Assembly (NCBI RefSeq): GCF_003790525.1
Contig: NZ_CP033635.1
Reading direction: 5' to 3' (one strand)
Length of the DNA: 64,000 bases
Origin: Escherichia coli
GTDB lineage: Bacteria > Pseudomonadota > Gammaproteobacteria > Enterobacterales > Enterobacteriaceae
The notes beneath the pieces were generated by a model. The model ran no database searches, was not told where the DNA came from, and saw only the letters and a list, made by a program, of their open reading frames with translations. Position numbers and translations under genes: made by a program. Position 1 is the first letter of the stretch. Every line of letters begins with the position of its first letter. Below, piece by piece: positions 11,925 to 23,142 of this stretch.

Positions 11925-14420
11925 ATGCTAACGATTCAATTTCTCTGTCCTCTGCCTAACGGTCTGCATGCTCGTCCGGCGTGGGAACTTAAAGAACAGT
12001 GCAGCCAGTGGCAAAGCGAAATCACCTTCATCAACCATCGCCAGAACGCAAAGGCAGATGCGAAAAGCTCGCTGGCGCTGATTGGCACCGGCACCCTATT
12101 TAATGACAGTTGCAGCCTGAACATTAGCGGCAGCGATGAAGAGCAGGCGCGGCGCGTGCTGGAAGAGTACATCCAGGTGCGCTTTATCGACAGCGACAGC
12201 GTCCAGCCAACGCAGGCAGAACTGACAGCGCATCCGCTGCCGCGTTCATTAAGCCGTCTGAACCCGGATTTACTGTACGGCAATGTGCTGGCAAGCGGCG
12301 TCGGCGTGGGTACGCTGACCCTGTTACAGAGCGACAGCCTCGACAGTTATCGGGCCATCCCGGCCAGTGCGCAAGACTCCACCCGGCTGGAGCACAGCCT
12401 GGCAACGCTTGCCGAGCAACTGAACCAGCAACTGCGCGAGCGTGACGGCGAAAGCAAAACTATCCTCAGCGCCCATTTGTCGCTGATCCAGGATGATGAA
12501 TTTGCAGGCAATATCCGTCGCCTGATGGCAGAACAGCATCAGGGGCTGGGGGCGGCGATCATCAGCAATATGGAGCAGGTTTGCGCCAAACTATCTGCTT
12601 CTGCCAGCGATTATCTGCGCGAGCGGGTCAGCGACATTCGCGATATCAGCGAACAGTTACTGCATATCACCTGGCCGGAACTGAAACCGCGCAACAATCT
12701 GGTGCTGGAAAAACCGACTATTCTGGTGGCTGAAGATTTAACCCCAAGCCAGTTTTTGAGCCTCGATTTAAAAAATCTTGCGGGCATGATTCTGGAGAAA
12801 ACCGGGCGCACCTCGCATACCCTGATCCTGGCCCGCGCTTCGGCGATCCCGGTACTGAGCGGCCTGCCGCTGGATGCGATTGCCCGTTATGCCGGGCAAC
12901 CTGCAGTGCTTGACGCCCAGTGCGGCGTGCTGGCGATTAACCCGAATGACGCGGTGAGCGGTTATTATCAGGTCGCGCAGACGCTGGCGGATAAACGCCA
13001 AAAACAACAGGCGCAGGCGGCCGCGCAGCTGGCCTATTCCCGTGATAACAAGCGTATTGATATTGCGGCGAATATCGGCACCGCTCTGGAAGCGCCAGGC
13101 GCGTTTGCCAACGGCGCGGAAGGTGTCGGGCTGTTTCGTACCGAAATGCTCTATATGGATCGCGACAGCGCGCCGGACGAGCAGGAGCAATTTGAAGCCT
13201 ACCAGCAGGTGCTACTGGCGGCGGGCGACAAGCCGATTATCTTCCGCACGATGGACATCGGCGGCGATAAAAGCATTCCTTACCTCAACATTCCCCAGGA
13301 AGAGAACCCGTTCCTCGGCTATCGCGCGGTACGTATTTACCCGGAATTTGCTGGCCTGTTCCGCACTCAACTGCGGGCGATTTTGCGTGCTGCCTGTTTC
13401 GGCAACGCCCAGTTGATGATCCCGATGGTTCACAGCCTCGATCAGATCTTATGGGTGAAGGGCGAGATCCAAAAAGCGATCGTTGAGCTTAAGCGCGATT
13501 GCCTGCGTCATGCAGAGACGATTACGCTGGGTATCATGGTGGAAGTGCCGTCGGTGTGCTACATCATCGATCACTTCTGCGATGAGGTCGATTTCTTCAG
13601 TATCGGCTCCAACGATATGACCCAGTATCTGTATGCGGTCGATCGTAATAACCCGCGCGTATCGCCGCTGTATAACCCGATTACGCCATCGTTCCTGCGC
13701 ATGTTGCAGCAGATTGTTACCACTGCGCATCAGCGGGGTAAATGGGTAGGTATTTGCGGTGAACTGGGCGGTGAAAGCCGTTATCTTCCGCTACTGCTTG
13801 GGCTGGGCCTGGACGAGCTGAGTATGAGTAGCCCGCGCATTCCGGCGGTGAAAAGCCAGCTTCGTCAACTGGATAGCGAGGCGTGTCGGGAACTGGCGCG
13901 TCAGGCATGTGAATGCCGCAGTGCGCAGGAAATTGAAGCGTTACTCACCGCCTTTACGCCGGAAGAAGACGTTCGCCCACTGCTGGCGCTGGAGAATATC
14001 TTTGTTGATCAGGCTTTTAGCAATAAAGAGCAGGCGATCCAGTTCCTGTGCGGTAACCTCGGCGTTAACGGGCGCACTGAACATCCGTTCGAGCTGGAAG
14101 AGGATGTCTGGCAGCGGGAAGAGATTGTTACCACCGGCGTTGGTTTTGGCGTAGCGATCCCGCACACCAAATCTCAGTGGATCCGTCATTCCAGTATCAG
14201 CATTGCCCGGCTGGTGAAACCGGTTGACTGGCAGTCAGAAATGGGCGAAGTCGAACTGGTGATCATGCTGACACTGGGCGCTAACGAAGGGATGAATCAT
14301 GTGAAAGTCTTCTCGCAGCTGGCGCGTAAACTGGTGAATAAAAACTTCCGCCAGTCGCTGTTCGCCGCGCAAGATGCGCAAAGCATCCTGACGCTGCTGG
14401 AAACGGAATTAACCTTCTGA
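11925..14420 (+). CDS. fryA: PTS multiphosphoryl transfer protein FryA (HPr - Enzyme I - IIA fusion), 831 aa
   Basis: N-terminal HPr-like region (CPLPNGLHARPA), central PEP-utilising Enzyme I region, C-terminal IIA-like domain. Confidence 0.88.
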   Translation: MLTIQFLCPLPNGLHARPAWELKEQCSQWQSEITFINHRQNAKADAKSSLALIGTGTLFNDSCSLNISGSDEEQARRVLEEYIQVRFIDSDSVQPTQAELTAHPLPRSLSRLNPDLLYGNVLASGVGVGTLTLLQSDSLDSYRAIPASAQDSTRLEHSLATLAEQLNQQLRERDGESKTILSAHLSLIQDDEFAGNIRRLMAEQHQGLGAAIISNMEQVCAKLSASASDYLRERVSDIRDISEQLLHITWPELKPRNNLVLEKPTILVAEDLTPSQFLSLDLKNLAGMILEKTGRTSHTLILARASAIPVLSGLPLDAIARYAGQPAVLDAQCGVLAINPNDAVSGYYQVAQTLADKRQKQQAQAAAQLAYSRDNKRIDIAANIGTALEAPGAFANGAEGVGLFRTEMLYMDRDSAPDEQEQFEAYQQVLLAAGDKPIIFRTMDIGGDKSIPYLNIPQEENPFLGYRAVRIYPEFAGLFRTQLRAILRAACFGNAQLMIPMVHSLDQILWVKGEIQKAIVELKRDCLRHAETITLGIMVEVPSVCYIIDHFCDEVDFFSIGSNDMTQYLYAVDRNNPRVSPLYNPITPSFLRMLQQIVTTAHQRGKWVGICGELGGESRYLPLLLGLGLDELSMSSPRIPAVKSQLRQLDSEACRELARQACECRSAQEIEALLTAFTPEEDVRPLLALENIFVDQAFSNKEQAIQFLCGNLGVNGRTEHPFELEEDVWQREEIVTTGVGFGVAIPHTKSQWIRHSSISIARLVKPVDWQSEMGEVELVIMLTLGANEGMNHVKVFSQLARKLVNKNFRQSLFAAQDAQSILTLLETELTF

Positions 14421-14422
14421 CG

Positions 14423-15280
14423 TTAGCCCTGAAAACGGGCGCTGTACTCTCCCGGCGTCAGGCCAAACTGACGCCGGAAAATGCGACAAAAATAGTCGCT
14501 GTCCGGAAAACCGCAACGCTGTGCCACTTCATGAATCGACAGATGATATTTCTGCAAAATCATCCTTGCCTTTGCCATTCGTACCCAGCGAACATACTCG
14601 ATAAAACGCATTGTTCCATGCTGAGCAAACAGTTTTGACAGATGATTGGGCGTGATATTAAAAAACTGAGCCACGCTCTCGCGGGTGAGCTGCTGGGCAT
14701 AATTATCCTGAACCCAGTTACAAATGCTGTGATAGAGAAAATCGCCGCGCGGCTGCGAATTGCCCGGTGGCATATTCACCACGTTGCGGCAAAGATGCAG
14801 CAAACTTAACACCAGTGGCTGAATGATATTCTGCTCCAGCGGCGAACGGCTAAGATGGGTGAGGGCGGTAAGCATCGCTTCACCTTCGCCGCGTTGCAGG
14901 CTGGGAAGCTGGATCTGGCGGGCAGGATGCAACAACGACGTGGTGCGGCTATCGTAAAACGATAACCCAAGCCAGGTCGGTGCGAACACCAGGCTTAACA
15001 GCATCACCGGTTTGTTGTTGACCGGTAAATTAGCCGCGCGTGCCGGAATAAACAGCATTTCTCCTTCCACCATACGTTGCTGCTTTGCTTCCAGCAGATT
15101 GCCGTATTCGCCGCGTAGCACGATATCCAGACGGGGAAAATCAATACATAAACTGCCCACTGGCAATGAGGCAGGCTGGCTGGCAAACCAGACGCGCCCC
15201 AGTAGTTGCGGGTTAAGCACCAGGCCGCTGAACAGATCGGCGAAAAATTGTTGATCGGCGGGCAAGCCTGGTGCTTTCAT
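14423..15280 (-). CDS. ypdC: AraC-family transcriptional regulator YpdC, 285 aa
   Basis: C-terminal AraC-type HTH signature; convergent with fryA with a 2-bp gap. Confidence 0.85.
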   Translation of the reverse strand: MKAPGLPADQQFFADLFSGLVLNPQLLGRVWFASQPASLPVGSLCIDFPRLDIVLRGEYGNLLEAKQQRMVEGEMLFIPARAANLPVNNKPVMLLSLVFAPTWLGLSFYDSRTTSLLHPARQIQLPSLQRGEGEAMLTALTHLSRSPLEQNIIQPLVLSLLHLCRNVVNMPPGNSQPRGDFLYHSICNWVQDNYAQQLTRESVAQFFNITPNHLSKLFAQHGTMRFIEYVRWVRMAKARMILQKYHLSIHEVAQRCGFPDSDYFCRIFRRQFGLTPGEYSARFQG

Positions 15281-15292
15281 GAAAGTTCCCGA

Positions 15293-16044
15293 TTAAAGAT
15301 GCATTAACTGGCGGAATTCTTTAACTTTGCTGCGGCTGACCGGCACTTCAAAATCCAGATCTTTCAGCCGCAGAATGTAGGTGTTATTAAACCACGGTTC
15401 GATCTCGCGGATTTTGTTCAGATTGACACAAAATGAGCGATGGCAGCGGAAAAATGCGACGGCGGCAGCTTGCTGCAAAACTCGGTAATGTTCATCGGCA
15501 TTACGTAGGATTCACGCCGCGTATAGACAAAGGTCATTTTCTCATGCGCTTCGGCGTAATAGATATCGTTAATTGGCGTGACGATGATTCGCTCATCTTT
15601 CACCAGATTAATGGTGTCATTCTCACGCGTTACCGTCGTGGCAGGCGTACTGCTGGTCTGCTGTTGTTGCCAGGCTGCTTCCAGTTTTTGTAGCATCCCG
15701 GTAATGCGTGACTCCTGATACGGTTTGAGAATGTAGTCAAACGCCTCCAGTTCAAACGCTTCTACCGCATGTTCTTTCCATGCGGTGATAAACACAATAA
15801 ACGGTTTATGGGCGAACTGGCTGATGTTTTGCGCCAGCAACACGCCATCCAGCGACGGAATATTGATATCCAGAAAAATGGCGTCGACGCGGTTATGCTG
15901 CAAAAACTTCAACACGTCCAGACCGTCGTCAAAGGTGCCGACAATCTCCATCTGGCTGTGCTCTTTAATTAGCCAGCTCAGTTCCTGTTGTGCCAGGAAT
16001 TCGTCTTCAACAATGATGACTTTCACAATATCACTCCGGCTCAA
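15293..16044 (-). pseudogene. ypdB: LytTR-family response regulator YpdB, split by a -1 frameshift in a homopolymer run
   Basis: Receiver domain is ORF 15418..16044 (208 aa, stops after PPSHFSAAIAHFVSI); the LytTR C-terminus (FRCHRSFCVNL...) continues in another frame as ORF 15293..15478. The two join if the 5-nt A run at + strand 15440..15444 were 6 nt. Confidence 0.6.
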
Positions 16045-17738
16045 AGCAATAACGTAGCCTGTGAGGCGACTGGGGTGCGTTGGTTAGGAATGTAAAACGC
16101 AATTTCCGTTCCTGGTTCCAGGCGGCGGATATGCAGCCCCTCGCCATACAATAACTTCACGCGATGATGGACATTCAGCAGACCAATTTTATTGCCCGGC
16201 ATTTCGTTCGCTTCGACCCGCTCAATGACTTTTGGATCGATGCCGTGCCCGGTGTCTCGCACCGCAATGCGTACCCGATTACCGCACTCTGCAACGCTGA
16301 TGGTGACAACGCCTTTACCTTTGCAAGGCTGAATACCGTGGACAATGGCATTCTCCACCAACGGCTGGATCAGCAGGCTGGGAATGCAGCAATTCACCTC
16401 TTCATCAATATCATAGATAACCGTCAGCTTGTCGCCAAAGCGGGCCTGCTCAATGGCAATATAGTCTTTAATTTGATACAGCTCTTTTTTGATATCGATT
16501 TGCTCATCGTCTTTTAATTCAATGTTATAGCGCAGATAACGCGACAGATTAAAGATCAGCTGGCGAGCGGTATCCGGATTCAGACGGATTGACGATGAAA
16601 TAGCGTTCAGAGCGTTAAACAGAAAATGGGGATTAATTTTGCTTTGCAGCGCGCGAAGCTCTGCCTTATTTGCCATTTCACGTAACTGCTCGGCACGCGA
16701 AACCTCCAGTTGCGTGGAGATGATTTGCGACAGACCGACCGCCATTTCCTGTAATGATGACGTAATCTGATGCGCGTGGCAGTAGTAAATTTTCAGTGTT
16801 CCGGTCACAACGCCTTTCTCCCACAATGGGATCACCAGCATGGAATGAATCTCTGGTGTGCGGTGGGCTTCATCATTGTTTTTAATGATGATTTTTCCGT
16901 AATTCATCGCCTGTCGGGTAGTCGGGCTAATGAAGTCATCGCCATTCTGATAGTTGTGTTCACCCACGCCGACATAGGCCAGCACATGATCAGTATTAGT
17001 AATCGCCACCGCATCGGCGTGAATGTCATCGCGGATAATTTCGCAGACCTTGCGTAATGACTCGCTATTGACATGGCGAAACAGCGGCAGCGTTTTGTTG
17101 GCAATATCCAGCGCCAGCTTGGCCTGCCGCGCGGCGCTGGCCTCTTTTTCGCCCTCAACGCTTTGCACCAGCAGCACAATAAAGCCGATACAGACGCTAC
17201 CGAGGATCATTGGAATCCCGATTTTAGAGACGATATCGATCCCCAACGCGGTAGTTGGTGCCCAGACAATCACCAGAATCATGGTCAACGTTTCACATAA
17301 CATGCCGCCGAGAATACCGACGCGCCAGCGCTGTGCTTTAGGGATTTTCAGGTTGATCCAGCCCGATATACAACCCGCCAGAATGCTGGTGATAAAGCAG
17401 GGGATCGCCGTCACGCCGCCGATATCAATTAAATAACGGTGAATACCTGCGATCACGCCGGTAATAATGCCTACCCACGGGCCAAACAGAATTCCGCCTG
17501 ACATCACCGCGATAATACGTACGTTCACCAGCGAGCCTTCTACGGGAACGCCGGACCAGGTGCTGAACAGGGCGAACAGCGAGAAAATGGCGGTAACGGC
17601 GAGCAGCTCTTTCGGTGAGTGTGCCGACTTGTGCAACAGTTCGCGAAACAGGCGGATACGGATGAGAAAGAACAGGCAGATAAGCATTAACGCTGCCCGA
17701 TCGAAGACCGCCAGCAGCATGTTGAATATTTCGTGCAC
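16041..17738 (-). CDS. ypdA: LytS-type sensor histidine kinase YpdA, 565 aa
   Basis: N-terminal multi-TM domain, H-box and ATPase region; stop overlaps ypdB start by 4 bp. Confidence 0.88.
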
Positions 17739-18114
17739 GGGTGACTCTGAATAAGGATTAAACCTCTATGATAGGTAACCTGAAGGCTGATGACCAGCAG
17801 GCCGTTTTTGAGGAAAAACCACAATTTTAAAAGGGGATTGAAAGATAAATGGTGTATTAGCAATGCATCTCTTGATAATGCACATCTGGTTGGTAAATTT
17901 ATTGAAATTATAATGTTAATAAAATGAGTGGTAATTTTCTTGTTAGCGTAGATAAATTTCCTGTTTTTGAAGTGGAGTTCCTCATTTAAAACCATTGATA
18001 AAAATGTTCTAAAACGCTGGACAGACAGAAATTAATCAGGCTATTTTCAAAACAGCCACCATCGTGGCAGCGTCGCTCGGACGGTCCGGGCGCTAACGTT
18101 AATCTGAGGAAATT

Positions 18115-19353
18115 ATGGCTGACACTCGCCCTGAACGTCGCTTTACGCGTATTGATCGTCTCCCGCCCTACGTTTTTAATATTACCGCTGAACTGAAAAT
18201 GGCTGCGCGTCGGCGCGGCGAAGATATTATCGATTTCAGTATGGGTAACCCGGACGGTGCGACTCCGCCGCATATCGTCGAAAAATTATGTACGGTGGCC
18301 CAGCGCCCGGACACGCATGGTTACTCCACGTCGCGCGGCATTCCGCGGTTACGTCGCGCCATTTCCCGCTGGTATCAGGATCGCTACGGCGTTGAGATCG
18401 ACCCGGAATCAGAAGCTATCGTCACCATTGGTTCGAAAGAGGGACTGGCGCATCTGATGCTGGCGACGCTGGATCATGGTGACACTGTACTGGTGCCTAA
18501 TCCAAGCTACCCGATTCATATTTACGGCGCGGTGATTGCCGGGGCGCAGGTACGCTCAGTGCCGCTGGTGGAAGGTGTCGATTTCTTCAACGAACTGGAA
18601 CGCGCCATTCGCGAAAGTTATCCGAAACCGAAGATGATGATCCTCGGCTTCCCGTCGAACCCAACCGCGCAATGCGTGGAGCTGGAATTCTTTGAGAAGG
18701 TTGTGGCGCTGGCGAAACGCTACGATGTGCTGGTGGTCCATGACCTGGCCTATGCCGATATCGTCTACGATGGCTGGAAAGCGCCGTCAATCATGCAGGT
18801 GCCAGGTGCACGCGATGTGGCGGTCGAGTTCTTTACGCTGTCGAAAAGTTACAACATGGCGGGCTGGCGTATCGGCTTTATGGTCGGTAACAAAACGCTG
18901 GTCAGCGCGTTGGCACGTATTAAAAGCTATCACGATTACGGCACCTTTACGCCGTTGCAGGTGGCAGCGATTGCGGCGCTGGAGGGCGATCAACAGTGCG
19001 TGCGCGACATTGCTGAACAGTACAAACGCCGCCGTGATGTACTGGTAAAAGGGCTGCATGAAGCGGGCTGGATGGTCGAAATGCCGAAGGCTTCGATGTA
19101 TGTCTGGGCGAAAATCCCGGAACCATATGCGGCCATGGGTTCACTGGAATTTGCCAAGAAGCTGCTTAACGAAGCGAAGGTCTGTGTCTCTCCAGGGATT
19201 GGCTTTGGCGACTACGGCGACACCCATGTTCGCTTTGCACTGATTGAAAACCGCGATCGTATTCGCCAGGCGATTCGTGGAATTAAAGCGATGTTCCGTG
19301 CCGACGGTTTACTACCCGCCAGCAGCAAACATATTCACGAAAACGCGGAATAA
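18115..19353 (+). CDS. alaC: Glutamate-pyruvate aminotransferase AlaC (YfdZ), 412 aa
   Basis: Class I aminotransferase translation including the PLP-lysine region [14 protein letters not shown]. Confidence 0.9.
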   Translation: MADTRPERRFTRIDRLPPYVFNITAELKMAARRRGEDIIDFSMGNPDGATPPHIVEKLCTVAQRPDTHGYSTSRGIPRLRRAISRWYQDRYGVEIDPESEAIVTIGSKEGLAHLMLATLDHGDTVLVPNPSYPIHIYGAVIAGAQVRSVPLVEGVDFFNELERAIRESYPKPKMMILGFPSNPTAQCVELEFFEKVVALAKRYDVLVVHDLAYADIVYDGWKAPSIMQVPGARDVAVEFFTLSKSYNMAGWRIGFMVGNKTLVSALARIKSYHDYGTFTPLQVAAIAALEGDQQCVRDIAEQYKRRRDVLVKGLHEAGWMVEMPKASMYVWAKIPEPYAAMGSLEFAKKLLNEAKVCVSPGIGFGDYGDTHVRFALIENRDRIRQAIRGIKAMFRADGLLPASSKHIHENAE

Positions 19354-19374
19354 ACACCATCGCCAGAAATGCAA

Positions 19375-19401
19375 ACAGGAGCCAGATGGCTCCTGTTTTT
19401 C
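19375..19401 (+). terminator. Rho-independent terminator after alaC
   Basis: Hairpin acaggagcc-agat-ggctcctgt followed by tttt. Confidence 0.7.
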
Positions 19402-19844
19402 ATTGCACAGTTTGCTTTTAGATCATCAGGGCAAAAGTACCGGCCCAAACGATGACCATAAAAGAAATGCCCATAAAGAAATATTTCACTTTACATCTCT
19501 CCGCGTAATTACTGTTACGCCTGAATGACTTCATTACACCTGATACAGTGAGTTGACACCGGGCAAAACGACCTTAAAAGTCCTGTATTTTACCGTGGGC
19601 ATCACCCCAGAATTCTGAGCTAAACTGCTCCAGACGGCGCTAATGTACGCCTAAAACTGAAACGAGACAAGAGGCATTTTCTTATTTACTTTTAGTAACT
19701 TACAGGTGTCTCATATCGGCGACAGTTTAATTTCTGACGGTAATAATTAGAGATTCAGCGAAGGAAAAAACCTTAAGAAAAAAGCCATAAAAACCATGAG
19801 GTTATTATGGCTGATTTGAGGAGGGAAAGAGTAAGAGCAGTTTG

Positions 19845-20765
19845 TTAAATGTATAGCGACGATTCTCCCACCGGGCGCGTTTTAAAGCGACGGTGGATCC
19901 ATAGGTACTGCTCCGGTGCGCGCATGATCTCTTTTTCGATAATCTTGTTCATATAGGCAGCGGCTTGATTTTCATCTGCCGGGTAGCCTTCCATCTCTGG
20001 GGTGATGTACAAACGATATCCGCTGTAATCCGCTTTTCTTACCATCGTTACGGTTAACATGGCTGCGCCAGAGAGACGTGAAAGGACATACGTACCATTG
20101 GTTGTGGCAACATTTTCCACCGCAAAGAACGGCGCGAAGGAGCTGCCTTTACGACCATAATCCTGATCGGGAGCAAACCATACCGCTTCACCTTTCTTCA
20201 GTGCACCGACAATGCCGCGCAGATTATTTCTGCCGATCATCGCTTTGTTAGAGCGCATGCGACCACGGGTCTGCACCCATTCCATCAGCTGATTATTATG
20301 TGGACGATAGGTGGCCATCATTGGCTGACAAAGTCCCATCACGCGGCCGCCCAGTTCCAGCGACATAAAATGGACGCCGACAACCATTACGCCGCGATTT
20401 TGCATTTGTGCGCGTTTAAGATTATCCAACCCTTCAACATCAAACCATTTACGTACGCGACTGTCGGGCCAGAACCACGCCATGCCGGTTTCTACCAGCG
20501 CCATGCCGAGTGAACGAAAGTTTTCGGCAATCATCTTCTCGCGTTCTTCCGCAGAATGCTGCGGGAAACAAAGTTCCAGGTTTTTACGGGCGATAGATTC
20601 ACGCCGTTTCAGGAATGGTCGCGCCATTGCGCCAATACGCGTGCCGAGAAAGCAGAGAACAGGATAAGGAAGTTGTACCCAAAGCCAGAGTACACCAAGC
20701 CCAAACCATGTGAGCCAGTAGCGAGGATGCAGAAACTCGCGGGAAAATTTGCATTGTGGAAACAT
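19845..20765 (-). CDS. lpxP: Lipid A palmitoleoyltransferase LpxP, 306 aa from Met MFPQCKF
   Basis: LpxL/LpxM-family late acyltransferase translation; the track ORF carries a 22-codon N-terminal extension. Confidence 0.85.
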   Translation of the reverse strand: MFPQCKFSREFLHPRYWLTWFGLGVLWLWVQLPYPVLCFLGTRIGAMARPFLKRRESIARKNLELCFPQHSAEEREKMIAENFRSLGMALVETGMAWFWPDSRVRKWFDVEGLDNLKRAQMQNRGVMVVGVHFMSLELGGRVMGLCQPMMATYRPHNNQLMEWVQTRGRMRSNKAMIGRNNLRGIVGALKKGEAVWFAPDQDYGRKGSSFAPFFAVENVATTNGTYVLSRLSGAAMLTVTMVRKADYSGYRLYITPEMEGYPADENQAAAYMNKIIEKEIMRAPEQYLWIHRRFKTRPVGESSLYI

Positions 20766-21117
20766 AGTTACCTTCTGTAGATACGAATTGTTGTATCGCA
20801 GAAGATTCCATGTCGACAGCGGTACACTCAATTGATTAGGCCATCATGTACGACAATGGTTCCTGTAAAGAGTGTAAAGACTAGTCAGGACATAACCACG
20901 AGGAGCATGAATGCGGTGGCTCTACTTTATCACTGGCTGACTGCTTTCAGCTACTGATTATTAATCGTGCAAAGTAAAAAGTTTTCCGCACGCAATAGCG
21001 TTGCATTTAACGTGCTGTTTTCATTGATGCTTAGCAAAAATTGCCAGAGGTTAAGGATTGTCTTACTATTAAAGTGACTGAAGTTACAGGTTTTTTAGCG
21101 CGGCAGGAGGTTGAGCT

Positions 21118-21360
21118 ATGATTTATTTATGGATGTTTCTCGCCCTGTGTATTGTCTGCGTAAGCGGATACATCGGTCAGGTCCTGAACGTGGTCTCGGC
21201 GGTCTCTTCTTTCTTCGGCATGGTGATCCTCGCTGCACTCATTTACTACTTCACCATGTGGTTAACTGGCGGTAATGAACTAGTGACGGGGATATTTATG
21301 TTTCTTGCCCCGGCTTGTGGCTTGATGATTCGCTTTATGGTGGGGTATGGCAGGCGCTAG
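21118..21360 (+). CDS. yfdY: Small membrane protein YfdY, 80 aa
   Basis: Two predicted TM helices; position between lpxP and ypdI. Confidence 0.7.
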   Translation: MIYLWMFLALCIVCVSGYIGQVLNVVSAVSSFFGMVILAALIYYFTMWLTGGNELVTGIFMFLAPACGLMIRFMVGYGRR

Positions 21361-21436
21361 TGGGTCAGGATGGTTCATTTGGGCAGGTGTTCACATCAGC
21401 ATCAGGCATGATTGTTCACCTGCCATGTGACAGACG

Positions 21437-21712
21437 CTATCGCACAGGATGGATAAGATAATTCGCCTTTGTCGGAAAAGGGGGCGGAATTTCATCTGTG
21501 AGGTTTAATGGTGGCGCATCTTCTCTCATTTTTAACAAAATCGCCTGTGATGGCTGAAATTTTGTAGAATGAGTTGTCGTCATCATTGACGTTTTTTCTG
21601 TCTCTTTATAGCTCGCCTCACTACCACCACCAGAAATAGAAAATGCAAAAACATTGCATGCCATAATAGAGACCAATAAAAATAAGCTAAAAAGCATTAA
21701 GTTTACTTTCAT
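21437..21712 (-). CDS. ypdI: Small lipoprotein YpdI, 91 aa
   Basis: Signal peptide with lipobox-like IMAC; position between yfdY and yfdX. Confidence 0.7.
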   Translation of the reverse strand: MKVNLMLFSLFLLVSIMACNVFAFSISGGGSEASYKETEKTSMMTTTHSTKFQPSQAILLKMREDAPPLNLTDEIPPPFPTKANYLIHPVR

Positions 21713-21854
21713 AGAAAGTTATCCTGAAAATGGTTCACTGAAAACCTACGACGTTATTGCTGTATTTACATATAATTAATCAGTATTTACATCGATATAA
21801 TAAATGACATCTCTTTTTGGTATATAAGAATAGTTCTCTGTGACAGGAAGCATA

Positions 21855-21872
21855 TTCCTACAACTGTAAGAC
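21855..21872. promoter_or_regulatory. EvgA box-like 18-bp inverted repeat upstream of yfdX
   Basis: TTCCTACA-AC-TGTAAGAC matches TTCYTACA-N2-TGTARGAA at 17 of 18 positions; a weaker second copy lies at 21893..21910. Confidence 0.6.
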
Positions 21873-22007
21873 TAAATGCCGCTTTGCGATAATAACTACA
21901 GTTGTAAGATAACCCTTTCAAAATGTCCGTTGCTCTCTGATTTCTCATTTCATGCTCACCCAATATGATGGCGGCGTTTTCTAAAACTGTTAAAGAATGA
22001 GGTAAGT

Positions 22008-22631
22008 ATGAAACGTTTAATTATGGCTACGATGGTCACAGCAGTTCTGGCATCTTCAACTGTATGGGCTGCTGATAATGCACCGGTAGCGGCACAACAG
22101 CAAACTCAGCAAGTTCAGCAAACGGCAGCAGCAGAGCGTATCTCTGAACAAGGTTTATATGCGATGCGTGACGTGCAGGTAGCGCGCCTGGCTCTGTTTC
22201 ATGGCGATCCGGAAAAGGCAAAAGAACTGACCAATGAAGCTTCCGCTTTGTTGTCAGATGACAGTACCGAATGGGCAAAGTTCGCAAAGCCAGGTAAAAA
22301 GACCAATGTCAATGATGACCAATATATTGTCATTAATGCATCTGTCGGAATTTCTGAGAGTTATGTAGCGACACCTGAAAAAGAAGCCGCGATAAAAATT
22401 GCCAACGAAAAAATGGCGAAAGGGGATAAAAAGGGCGCAATGGAAGAGCTTCGCCTGGCCGGTGTTGGTGTAATGGAAAACCAATATCTGATGCCGCTTA
22501 AACAGACTCGTAATGCACTTGCTGATGCGCAGAAACTGCTTGATAAAAAGCAATACTACGAGGCAAACCTGGCGCTTAAAGGTGCGGAAGATGGAATCAT
22601 CGTCGATAGCGAAGCACTGTTTGTGAACTAA
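22008..22631 (+). CDS. yfdX: Periplasmic protein YfdX, 207 aa
   Basis: Signal peptide [21 protein letters not shown]; first gene of the EvgA-regulated oxalate cluster. Confidence 0.82.
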   Translation: MKRLIMATMVTAVLASSTVWAADNAPVAAQQQTQQVQQTAAAERISEQGLYAMRDVQVARLALFHGDPEKAKELTNEASALLSDDSTEWAKFAKPGKKTNVNDDQYIVINASVGISESYVATPEKEAAIKIANEKMAKGDKKGAMEELRLAGVGVMENQYLMPLKQTRNALADAQKLLDKKQYYEANLALKGAEDGIIVDSEALFVN

Positions 22632-22874
22632 AGCTGACAGGCAATATATTGAGGTAAAGGATTTTACTCCCTCCAGCCGACAATTTTTTATGGCCACAAT
22701 ACGACAGGTTGTGGCCATAAAATTATTTGGCGCTCGCGGTTCTATAAACTCGAATTTTATCTTCCTCAAAGTAAACCGCAATAATCCCGTGTTATCACAA
22801 ATCATTTATTATGTTATGTTTTATGGTACGCTTTAAAAAGCGTAATCATACCCTTACTTGTAAATCACTGGCGC

Positions 22875-22892
22875 TTCTTACAGTTGTAAGAA
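22875..22892. promoter_or_regulatory. EvgA box (perfect 18-bp palindrome) between yfdX and frc
   Basis: TTCTTACA-GT-TGTAAGAA is a perfect match to the EvgA consensus inverted repeat. Confidence 0.65.
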
Positions 22893-23142
22893 TAACATCA
22901 CAAATGTCGCGGCTCTCTCTGATTACCGCGAGCCAATATTTATCATATTCTTCTTTTCGTCCTCACTACTTACCATGCAGAAAGGAATTGGAAGTAGCGA
23001 TGAAATGATTTTCAGTACTTGATACAGGAATTTAAAAATATCGAGTGCAGCTACGACGATATTTTGCGGATTATTTATAGAGGCGTTATGTCTTAAATAA
23101 ACGCTAAATTAACACATATTTAATTAACTAATAGGTATTGCT

